Origin: Malacoraja senta
Taxonomy: Eukaryota
Direction of reading: 5' to 3'
DNA: 64,000 nucleotides
Assembly: GCA_038087875.1 (NCBI GenBank)
Contig: CM075994.1
Location: 2,668,001 to 2,732,000 of the forward strand
Shown: one piece after another, positions 53,980 to 64,000 of the stretch
How positions within the stretch are numbered: position 1 is the stretch's first letter
How the letters are laid out: each line of letters starts with the position of its first letter
The notes under the pieces: generated by a model
Database searches by the model: none
What the model was told of the DNA's origin: nothing
Seen by the model: the letters and a program-made list of their open reading frames with translations, nothing else
Made by a program: the position numbers and the translations under genes

Positions 53980-54213
53980 CTGAAAGGAAAACATTTTTTC
54001 AAATACTTTAAATATTCTCACTAACTTTAGGTCAATTTCACCAAAATAAATCAGTGACAAGTAATCCAACCTTTCTTTTTTTTATTTTTTAAACACGATC
54101 TTGAAGTGCAACTAGACTGGTATCAATAGAATAAAATGATTTAAATATAGAAAAGGAAGGTAAACAAGAAAGTTATACATTAACTTTAGTGCGTGTTTAA
54201 ATTAAATACTTAC

Positions 54214-54407
54214 CAAACTAGTTGCATAGTTCTCCAAGTAGATGGACAAGGCAGCCTCCACAGCACCCCCCACCTGGCACAATCGACTTGGATTCAAGAA
54301 CTCTCTTCACCACACTGAGCGCATCATGGAGGGAGCGCTCCATCTCATCACACATAAAATCATTTGCTCCACGCAAGATAATGGAAGCAGAAGTACGAGC
54401 CTTTGTG
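54214..54407 (-). CDS. TCP1: TCP1 exon (human exon 10 equivalent) with an apparent 1-bp insertion
   Basis: TKARTSASIILRGANDFMCDEMERSLHDALSVVKRVLESKSIVPGG / GAVEAALSIYLENYATSL; 194 bp where 193 keeps frame. Confidence 0.9.
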
Positions 54408-54809
54408 CTTTAAAATTAAGATGAAAAGCCCAATCAATGACAGCACCACTTGACAAGACTAAATTAAATTCTACTCATTTTAAATTTACTGCACCAACGG
54501 AAGTGGTCAGTCAGCAAGACACAATTTGAAAGAGATTTTAATTTATACTAGCACAAACGTTATACACATTTGTGTAAAACCAAGGTACTTGACAGAAGGA
54601 ATTATCAAACAGAACTTAGAGAAAGACAACGAGAGAACTGGGCTGGTGGATGAAAATAAATGGTTTAGAGGAAAACAAATTACAAATACATATCTAAAAC
54701 CAGCAACATGGTTATTTTTGGCATAACAGGAAGTTGGATGACACTGAACAGGTCCAGCAACTTAGAAAATATGTTACTGATGGGTTAGAAAGGATAGAGA
54801 AGTCAGGGC

Positions 54810-55187
54810 TTCCAGGCAAGTTGAAGTTGTGGTGTTGATGTGGCCATTAACAGTATCCAAGGTGCCAGTATCTAAGGTGGAAAGGGTTGAGAGATTGGTT
54901 AGTTCATGTATTAGGAAATGGTTAGGAGTTCCATGGTGTCTTACTAATGTGGCTCAATATGGGAAAGCATTCCCCATTTACCATTGTCTGGCCTAACAGG
55001 GGAGTTTAAGTGTGCTAAGGGGAGGTTAGAGTTGCAATTATTAGGGAGCTAGGACACCTTAGTAATCTGGTGCCAAATATAACTAGAGGCATGAAATGGA
55101 ACTCAAAGCAGCCAGTACAAAAAACACAAGCACCTCTGAGGCATACAGACATTGTTGGTAGGGTACAGCAAGGAAAAGGAGGCCTAA
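54810..55187 (+). mobile_element. Hero-clade non-LTR retrotransposon fragment (continues at 56571-56647)
   Basis: Translates WPLTVSKVPVSKVERVERLVSSCIRKWLGVPWCL...EFKCAK...LRHTDIVGRVQQGKGG, resuming GKPVWSKVGPIEGRKLVV after the interrupting element. Confidence 0.6.
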
Positions 55188-56570
55188 CGGCCTGTCCCAC
55201 AGGCGATATTTTTCGGCGACTAGGCTGTTTTCACATGGTCGCGTGGTGACGCCTGTATGGTCGTGAGTAGCCTCCTCAAGTCGCCTAAAGAGTCGTAACG
55301 TTTTTCTGGTCGCCGCTGGATTTTGAAATGTTCAAGTTCAAGTTACATTTATTGTCACATGCACCAATTGGTACAGTGAGATTTGAGTTACCATATAGCC
55401 ATATGAATTAAAGGAACACAATGCACGATAGAATTTAACATGAACATCCCCACAGCGGAATCAACGTTTTCCACTGTGAGAGAAGGCAATAAAGTTCAGT
55501 CATCTTCCTCTTTGTTCACCCGTTGTGGTCGGGGTCTTTGCGCCCTCTGCAGTCGCCACTACGGGCGGCCCGATGTTCAGGCCCTCTCGCCGGGATGATC
55601 GGGGCTCCAGCGTCGGAACGGAAGAACACACTCAGTGGCTTGGAGTTTCCGAATCAACCGCTTCAGACCGGAGACCGCGGCTTCCGAGTCCACAGGCCGA
55701 GCTGGGCGGAGATACAACACTGGCGACCCTCGGCAAAAGACCCCAGGCTGCCACGATGTTAAAGTCAGCGCCGCCCGCAGCTAGAACCTCCGCAAACCAC
55801 AGCTCCACGGTGTTAAAGTCAGCAGGCCCAACACTCCGGAGCTTCAACACAGGAGGTCCCAGCAAGGCATCGTCCCGCTCCACGATGGCAATTCAGGGCC
55901 GCGAGGGGGGGGGGGGGGCGAAGATGAGATTCGGAGAAAAGACGCATCTTCGTCCAGGTAAGTGACTGGAAAACGGTTTCCCCATATCCCCCCCTTCACC
56001 CCCCACATAAAAAAGACTGAAACCTTTAAAACATACTTTTTGACATACTAAAAATAACAGAAAAGGGTGAAAGGACAAACTGCTGCTGGCGAGGCTGCCA
56101 CACTCGATGGCGCCAACCGTTTCGGCGATTGTGGGCTTGACGTAGCTCCTCCTTCTCCTGTCGTAGGAGCTGACTTCAGTGAAATCCATTGGCTACCTAC
56201 GTCAACCGGCAACAGAATTGTCTTCAGTTGTCGCCGACAGGGTCGTTGTTTGTCGTAGCTTGTCATGGGTAGACGTAGGTTGACTTCGGTTGTCGCCTGT
56301 GTTGTCGTAGGTTGTCGTAGGTGTGGTCATAGGTGGACGTCCTAAGTTGCGACGATTGGGTCTCCGGTTGTCGGTAGCTTGCCGTCGACTAGGTGGTACA
56401 CCAGGGACTAGATTTAATGGAATTCACCTACGACATCTGGCGACAACCTACAACAGCACCTACGACAACACCTACATCGCCACTGTCGCCGAAATTCTTT
56501 CAACATGTTGAAAATTGTGGCAGTCGCCTGTAATCGCACAAAAAAAAAATCACCAAAGAAGGACAGGCCC
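55188..56570. mobile_element. Harbinger-like non-autonomous element related to 33171-36716, with a nested GC-rich retroposon (~55333-56050)
   Basis: TAA|cggcctgtcccac ... ggacaggccc|TAA. Confidence 0.7.
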
Positions 56571-56647
56571 TAAATGCTTAGCAGTGGGAAACCAGTGTGG
56601 AGTAAAGTAGGCCCAATAGAGGGGAGGAAATTGGTTGTAGACAGGTA

Positions 56648-56875
56648 CAGGGTTGCCAACGCTCACGCTTTGAGCGTGAGAATCACGCCTCTGCGCAAAG
56701 TCTCACGCCGATCAGAAATTTCTCACGCTCTGTGGTGAGGAATTCTGTGATCAACAAAAATTTCAAAACTCAGATAAACTGCATGGGCCGCAGGTGTTGG
56801 AGAGCCGGGGCTGAGGGAGTGATGGGAGCAGAACCAGCGGTGGGGACAGATGCGGGGAGCCGGGGCTGGCAAGAC
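56648..56875. mobile_element. Left end of a hAT-like non-autonomous element
   Basis: cagggttgccaac terminus followed by tcacgc repeats; right end not found before the gap. Confidence 0.4.
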
Positions 56876-57690
56876 ACCATCTAAAGAGTTCAAGATGGCG
56901 GATGTGCAGGAGTGGGCGCCGTTTGTATGGCCGCCTGCCTGCAGTCCGTCCTCTAACTCTTTTATTGTCTGAACATTTATTTTTTGGAGTCTATTCTTTC
57001 TATGTGGGGGGGGGGAACTGTTTTAACCCCAGTCCTACCTGGTCAGAGATGCGGTTTTCCTCCAAATCGCGTCTCCGGTCTCCCCATGCGGCCTTCCATC
57101 GGGCTGGAACGGCGTTTCCTGCCGGGGACCACAGCTTCGGCGGCACAGCGCTGGGACATCAGCAGGGAGCGGGCGATGCCTTGCCGGGTCGCCGCTCCGG
57201 AGTGCTGTGGCCGCCGACCACCAACATCGGGCAGCCGCAGTCTGCGGTCTGCGGTTTGAGGGCGACACCGCGGAGTCGAGGCTCCAACCGGCGCGGCCTG
57301 AAATCCACGGGCGTCGCAGTCTCCGGGGAAGGAGCGGCCGCTCCAGACATTTCCAAGCTGCTGAGGACTTTTCCACCCGATGCGGGTGGGCAAACAACAT
57401 CGGGCTGCCGTTGCGGCGACTGGCTGCAGTGGCCTCAACTGGCCCCGACCTCGGGTGGACTAGGAGGAGGAGGAGGACTGGACATTTTGGTACCTTCCCT
57501 CACAGTGGAGAGTGGAGATTCTACTGTGGGGGGATGTTCGTGTTTGTGTAAAATCTCTTATAGTGTGTTGTCATTTTTTCTATCTCTTTTTATTATTTGT
57601 ATGGTTAGTAACTGTAAAGCACTTTGGCTTTTGATTCAAATCAATTGGAAAATGTGCTATATAATAAACTTATTATTATTATTATTATAA
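56876..57690 (+). mobile_element. GC-rich non-autonomous retroposon with L2-like tail
   Basis: Starts caagatggcg; ends tgtaaagcactttg...tgctatataataaac(tta)n. Confidence 0.5.
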
Positions 57691-57859
57691 GTGTATGCGG
57701 GGCTGGCGAGTGTTTGCGGGGCCGGCGAGTCGTTCGCTGCAGCTCCGGCCATGGAGCAGCCTCAGTGCAAGAGTCCCGGGCCGTCGGAGGCGTTGTGCCG
57801 CTGCCGTGAGAGTCTCTGTTCCGAAGGGACAGAGACTCTCAAAGGGAGGTGGAGAGTGG

Positions 57860-59070
57860 GAGACAGTGGGGAGAGAGGGTGTGAGACGAGAGAGAGGGGA
57901 GAGACAGAGGGGGCGTGAATGGAGAGAGAAGAGGGAGAGGGGGGTGGGAGGGAAGAGAGAGAGGGGGTGGAGAGGGAGGAGAGGGTAGGAGAGAATGGGA
58001 GAGGGAGGGGTGGTAAAAGAGAGAGGGGAAAGAGGGGGGAAGAGGGAGAAAGAGAAACGGGGAAAGAGAGAGATGGGGGGCAAAGAGAAAGAGACAGGAG
58101 AAAGAGAGAGGGGAGAGTGAGGTGGGAGGGGGAAATTGGGAGGGAGAGAAGGAGAGAGGAGGAGAGGGGGAAGAGAGAGAGGTGAGAGAGAGAGGGGGAG
58201 AGAGTGTGGAGAGGGAGAGGGAGATAGAGAGGGAGGGAGAAAGAGAGAGAGGGGGAAGCGAGAGGGGAGAGAGAAGACAGAGAAGACGGGGGGAGAGAAG
58301 ACGGGGGAGAGAGACGGGGGGAGAGAAGACGGGGGAGAGAAGACGGGGGAGAGAAGACGGGGGAGAGAAGACGGGGGGAGAGAAGACGGGGGAGAGAAGA
58401 CGGGGGGAGAGAAGACGGGGAGAGAAGAAAGAAAGGGGGAGAGCGAAGAAAGAAAGGAGGAGAGCGAAGAAAGAAAGGGGGAGAGCGAAGAAAGAAAGGG
58501 GGAGAGCGAAGAAAGAAAGGGGGAGAGCGAAGAAAGAAAGGGGGAGAGCGAAGAAAGAAGGGGAGAGAGAAAGAAAGAAAGGGGGAAAGAGAAGAAAGAA
58601 AGGGGGAGAGAGAAGAAAGAAAGGGGGAGAGAGAAGAAAGAAAGGGGGAGAGAGAAGAAAGAAGGGGAGAGAGAAGAAAGAAAGGGGGAGAGAGAAGAAA
58701 GAAAGGGGGAGAGAGAAGAAAGGGGAGAGAGAAAGAAGAAAGGGGGGAGAGAGAGGGAGGGGAAAGAGAGGGGAGAGAGGTTAGGGGAAAGAGAGGGAGA
58801 GAAGGGAGAGGACGAGGGGGAGAGTGGGTAGGAGGGAGAGAGGGGGAGAGAGAGGGAAGGGGAGAGAGTGAGAGGGGAGAAGAGAGGGGAGAGGAGAAGA
58901 GGGAGAGAGAGGGAGGGGAGAGAGGGGGTGGAGAGGAGAGGGGGAGGGAGGGGAGAGGGGGGTGGAGGGAGAGCGGGGTGGGGGGTGGAGAGGAGAGACG
59001 GGGGAGGGGAGAGAGAGGGGGAGGAGGGGGGGGAGAGAAAGGGGGAGGGGAGAGAGTGGAAGAGAGAGAT
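57860..59070 (+). repeat. Polypurine (GA-rich) low-complexity tract with ~13-bp and 21-bp tandem units
   Basis: (ggggagagaagac)n and (gaaagaaagggggagagcgaa)n. Confidence 0.95.
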
Positions 59071-59638
59071 GGTTGGAGAAAGCATCCTGCTTGCCTGCTA
59101 GATTTTCACTTACTGTAACTGCAGGAAAAATGTTCCGATGTTGGGAGTTCAGAACCAGGGATCACAGTTTAAGAATAAAGGGGGGGGCCAGTTAGGACTG
59201 AGATGAGGACAAACTTTCTTCTCACAGAGAGTTGTGAATCTGTGGAATTCTCTGCCACAGAAGGCAGTGCAGGCCAATTCATTGGATGTTTTCAAGAGAG
59301 TTACATTTAGTTCTTGGGGCTAACGACATCAAGGGATATGGGGAAAAAACAGGAAAGAGGTACTGATTTTAGATGAATAGCCATGATCATATTGAATGGC
59401 AGTGCTGGCTCGGAGGGCCGATGGCCTATTCCTGCACCTATTTTCTATGTTTCTATGCTTGAGTATATGGCAATACAACTCGATCACTTGATTTTGAAGC
59501 ATTCATGCATGGTGGAGGTATAATGTAGTCAGAGTGATACAGTGTGAAAACAGGCCCTTCGCCGCAACTTCCCACACCCGCCAACGTCCCAGCTTACGCT
59601 ACCTGCTTTTGGTCCATACCTCCAAACCTGTCCCTATC

Positions 59639-59838
59639 NNNNNNNNNNNNNNNNNNNNNNNNNNNNNNNNNNNNNNNNNNNNNNNNNNNNNNNNNNNNNN
59701 NNNNNNNNNNNNNNNNNNNNNNNNNNNNNNNNNNNNNNNNNNNNNNNNNNNNNNNNNNNNNNNNNNNNNNNNNNNNNNNNNNNNNNNNNNNNNNNNNNNN
59801 NNNNNNNNNNNNNNNNNNNNNNNNNNNNNNNNNNNNNN
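59639..59838. other. Assembly gap (200 N)
   Basis: Run of N. Confidence 1.
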
Positions 59839-60245
59839 GCCACAGAAGGCAGTGGAGGCCAATTCACTGGATGTTTTCAGGAGTGTTAGATTTAGCTCTT
59901 AGAATAAAGGAATCAAGGGATATGGGGGGGAAAGCAGGAATGGGGTACTGATTTTGGATGACCAGCCATGATCATATTGAATGGCGGCGCTGGCTCGAAG
60001 GACAGAATGGCCTACTCCAGCACCTATTTCCTATGTTTCTATGAGACAGGTGCAAAGTAAGGAGAGAAGGGGTGGAAGAGAAAAAATGAATTTCTCAATG
60101 TCAATTGAAACAAAACCAAACATCTGAAGAAATTATTATTACAACCTTCAAGATAATCTCTCGTTCTTTAAATTTAGAGGTTTAAAGATACAGCATTCAC
60201 CAGTTATTGTCAAGGGAGTTCATCTCAGCTTCAATCCTGTCATAC

Positions 60246-60372
60246 CTCTGTCGAATTTGGTCTAATTTTTCAGGGTCAGTGATGACAATTTGAACGCCGA
60301 GCTTCATTTTTGTCTTTTGCAAGCTGAAGTCCAAACATGCAATCTTAGCATTGAGTATTCTTTTGACCATTC
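60246..60372 (-). CDS. TCP1: TCP1 exon (human exon 7 equivalent)
   Basis: tttag|GA ATG...CAG AG|gtatg; GMVKRILNAKIACLDFSLQKTKMKLGVQIVITDPEKLDQIRQR; 127 bp. Confidence 0.96.
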
Positions 60373-62719
60373 CTAAACACAAGAACGTTTCAGTTAATCT
60401 TATTTAATTTAAAGTAATACAAGAGCCCAAGTAGCAATAGGCTACATGACCCTCTTCATGCACAGAATGGTCAACATCACCTACGTGCCTTTGTTCCTCT
60501 TTATAGACAGACACACAGCCCACAATGTATGATGCCAAGATAAACTAATATCCTCTGCCTGTATGTAATCCATATCCTTGCATTCTATGCCTATCGAAAA
60601 GCCTCAAATGCCACCATCCTTCTTAATAAGCCATGAGTCACATCCTTCCCAATTATACTATATCACTAATCAATTTCTATAAAATTAAAAATAACTTGAA
60701 AGTATATCCTCGCCATCCTGGAGCCAATGCCTATACAGGTCAAGAAACACAACTTGCGCTTCAAAATATGGATAGGAAAGGTTTTGAGGGATATAGGCCA
60801 AAGGCAGGCGGGACTAGTGCCGATGGGACATCTTGATGCTACGAGCAAGTTGGGTCAAGGGGCCTGTTTCTGTGCAGTATGACTTTATGAATGTAGGAAG
60901 TAAATTAGTGGAAAGGAAAATACTTTAGCTCATAGGCAGAGGAATATAAACTAGAACTGGCAAAGGTTTTCTCAGTTACTTAATGGACGGAGTTGCAAAT
61001 AGTTACCATGCACACAGATCACATCAATTTCTATAAGCCAGTTCGGTATTCCGACTGCGCATGCACAAGTCATGGGTCGCTCGGGATAAACACTTTCGGC
61101 GGCTGTGCCGCTGCATGGGTGCAGACCTGTGTTTCGTCCCTAACCAGCCGCCGCTGGGCCGTACCCGTCCCCTCCCGAGTGTCCCGTCCAGGGGCGGCCG
61201 AGGATGTCCGGGGCGGACGGGAGCAGCGCCGCTCCAGCTCGGCTCTGCCCGTCCCGGGCCCGCAGACGGCGCGGAAAAGAAGCACCAACTACAGCTCAAC
61301 CCCGCCCGTCCCGCTGGCAGGACAGGCAGAGTCGAGTTGGGGCCAGCGCCTCCCCTCCTCACAGGCTGCGGGCCTGGGCCGACACTCCCGTCCGCGGACC
61401 TCTGGTTAGCAGACCCTCCTTCAGACTTCCTACACAGTAGACTTTTGCGCCGTGATTGGGATGAATGGGAGCGGGGATTTCCACGGGCACAAGGAACAAA
61501 TTACCTAAAGTTTGCGTTGAGTGAACTGAGTGTTTTTAACGTCCTCGCCGTACACAGGGCTCTCACTTAACTTTTTTTTCCCTGTTGCCAGCCGGGCAAC
61601 CTAGGCAGCTTTTTAGGTTGCCAAATGACAGTTTAGGTGGTCATTTAAGACGGCTTGCATGACGCTTGCGATAATGTGCTCGGACGAAGTGCGTAGTTAC
61701 CAGTCGGAATTATGCTCAATGAAGCATTCACATATTATTTCTGCTTCAAATACTCACAAACTAAACATATTCACCAATCAAGGCATGATATATACCACAA
61801 TGACATGCAGCAAAATTATAATACAGCATCTCAACTCTTTTTACACGTTGCAATGAATGCAATTTCTGTAATTTCTTTCCACTTCCAAACAAAAATGTGG
61901 TTGGATTATTCAGCGTATGATCAACTTGTGTCAATAAACTCTGGACCATGGTAACATATATGCTTAACCATGCACACTACAGATTGATGCAAGCATGTTT
62001 TCTGTTAAGGACCAAAAATTATCATGACATGGCCATAGCATGGGTCGTTATTGCTATTGGGACATAAACACTCTCGCTTCCCACATAATTTATCCACAAC
62101 AAAATATACAGGTTGCAAGGAAATTTTTAAAGGCATTTTATGATAATAGCTATTAAAACCGACTATACCCATCTGACAAGAGATGGCCAAAGGACATCTG
62201 CAGCAAATGTTCTTTTGGCAGTCTGTTTAAAGATGTCAAAACGCCACATTGCCGGTCATTCAGATTAGATGTATGTGTTGTGAACAGCAATAAAGATACC
62301 CAGTTTGTACGCACCAGATTTAAAAAAAATTATTGATAAATGCCGTTTCCATCATTCCCACGTCAGAATTAACGTTAAAATTTCAACTGAAATATCTCCT
62401 GACCAAATTTGTGATGTATATGACCGACTGTATAAGTAAAATCTGGATAAATCCAACGTATAGTCGTGAATGTTGCTCATTAAATAACTACAGGACTGAT
62501 ACTCCATATTAAGAGCATTGATTTGCCGTTAAAATGAATTCTGTAATAATGTGACAATCGAACACTGCGGTTTTAATGTTTCACATGTTCACAATTTAAT
62601 TAATCCATCTTTATGGATTAAAACAAATAATAACATTGGAAATTAAAACACATTTGATTGCTTTCCATTATCAAACATAGTCAATGTTCGCTCTGAAGAT
62701 ATTTCCAGCACAGTAGGGT

Positions 62720-63535
62720 AAGGGGGGGGGGGTGAATCAGTGCGGGATGGATAGATGGCGGGGGGGGGGGGGGGGGTGGTGAGAAGGCAATCGGTGCGGA
62801 ATGGATGGATTGAGGCAGGGGAATTAGTGCGTGTTGGTTGGAGTAGGTAAAATAGTGAGGGGAGAGCGCGGGGGATGTCAGCAGGGGTTGAATGGGGGGG
62901 GGGGGGTCAGTACAGGATGGATGGGGGGGATCAGTGCAGGATGAATGGGGGGTGGATCAGTGCAGGATGAATGGGGGGTATCAGTACAGGATGGATGGGG
63001 GAAATCAATGCAGGATGAATGAGGGGGGGGCAGTATAGTGTGGATCGGGGGTCTGTGCAGGATAAATGGGAGAATCACTACAGCATGGATGGAGGATCAG
63101 TGCAGGATGGATGCAGGGATCAGTATAGGATGAATGGGGAGGGATCAGTACAGGATAAATCTGGAGGGATCAGTACAGGATGAATGGGGGGGGGGATCAG
63201 TAACAGATGAATGGGGAGATCACTACAGGATGGATGGGGGGGGTCGGTGCAGAATAAATGGAGCGGGGGGGTCAGTACAGGATGGATCGGGAGTTCAGTG
63301 CAGGATGAATGGGGGGTATCGGTACAGCATGAATGGGGGGAGCAGTGCAGGATGGATGGGAAGGGGGGGTCAGTACAGGATGAATTGGGGGTCCAGTGTA
63401 GGATGGTTGGGGGGTGGCAGGAGAATCAATGCGAGGTGGATAGGGAGATCAGTGCAGGATGAATAGATGGGGAGGGGAGCACAGGGGATGTCAGTGAAGA
63501 CTGAATAGAGGCGGGAATGGGGATCAGTGCGGGAG
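62720..63535 (+). repeat. G-rich minisatellite, ~22-25-bp unit (gggatcagtgcaggatgaatggg)
   Basis: Recurrent cagt(a/g)caggatg(a/g)atggg. Confidence 0.9.
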
Positions 63536-64000
63536 GGGGCGGGGGAGAGGGAGGTAGGTGGGGAGGAAGAAAGATCAGCGCTCCTCAGACAACACTGACG
63601 TAAACGCCCCTCTGCCTTGGCCGTCCCTGTCCACCGCCAAAGGGGGAGGCAGTTGGGAACTCCTCGCCACAGCCTCCCCTCCTCCGCCAGCCAACAGGAA
63701 GGTGCGGGCCAAGCGGTGCAGGTGCTTCAGAAGGGGGAAGGGGACTTCCCGCTCCCTCCCTGGCGTGAGGGTTTGTTTTGAAAGCGGTTATCGCCGTAGG
63801 CGGAGTGGCACGCAGCCCGCTATAAGGGCGGGCGGGGTGCTGGAGGTGGAGCCCGTCATTCGCTCCGACCCTCCCTCACCCCGCACTACAGCCGTCGCCG
63901 ACACGAAACGTCGCTTATTCCTTTTCTCCAGAGATGCTGCCTTACCCGCTGAGTTACACCGTTTTTTTGTGTCTATCTTCGGTATAAACCAGTATTTGCA

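Noticed and set aside
54214..54407. TCP1 pseudogene
   Set aside because: Single indel in a homopolymer, all other exons intact and in the syntenic position; assembly error more likely
54560..54670. SNORA20/SNORA29-like snoRNA in a TCP1 intron
   Set aside because: Only a short CCATTTATTT-like resemblance; no convincing two-hairpin H/ACA layout
56902..57690. 262-aa ORF and other GC-rich ORFs (32731, 43953, 55525, 61061)
   Set aside because: No recognisable domains; open frames on both strands are expected in GC-rich repeats
57685..59085. 466-aa Ser/Pro/Leu ORF and overlapping Glu/Arg/Gly ORFs
   Set aside because: Artefacts of the stop-poor GA low-complexity tract
59255..60042. False duplication across the gap (CR1 tails on both sides)
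   Set aside because: The two tails differ at many positions and look like independent copies
60373..64000. TCP1 exons 1-6 or promoter in the GC-rich patches at ~61040-61450 and ~63580-63900
   Set aside because: No TCP1 coding match; patches look repeat-derived, and the remaining exons probably lie beyond the window

Overview
Vertebrate genomic DNA, most likely a cartilaginous fish (skate/ray-like; inferred from its V-SINE, CR1 and Penelope repeat landscape). It holds the conserved WTAP-ACAT2-TCP1 block. On the + strand are the last three coding exons of WTAP and a complete 9-exon ACAT2 (cytosolic thiolase, 396 aa). On the - strand are four 3' exons of TCP1/CCT1, tail-to-tail with ACAT2; two expected exons are missing at a 200-N gap and one has an apparent homopolymer frameshift. 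Introns and intergenic DNA are packed with Tc1, Harbinger-like, hAT-like, Helitron, CR1, Rex/Babar, Hero and Penelope-like elements, several nested. Most notable: (1) a 136-bp TSD-flanked retroposon (24386-24521, -) whose first 54 nt fold into an HDV/CPEB3-like self-cleaving ribozyme starting exactly at the insertion's 5' end; (2) many Penelope-derived short elements carrying a minimal hammerhead motif; (3) short-isoform architecture in the WTAP intron (read-through stop and alternative acceptor) resembling the human gene as I recall it. All calls were made by eye; exon numbers follow the human genes from memory.
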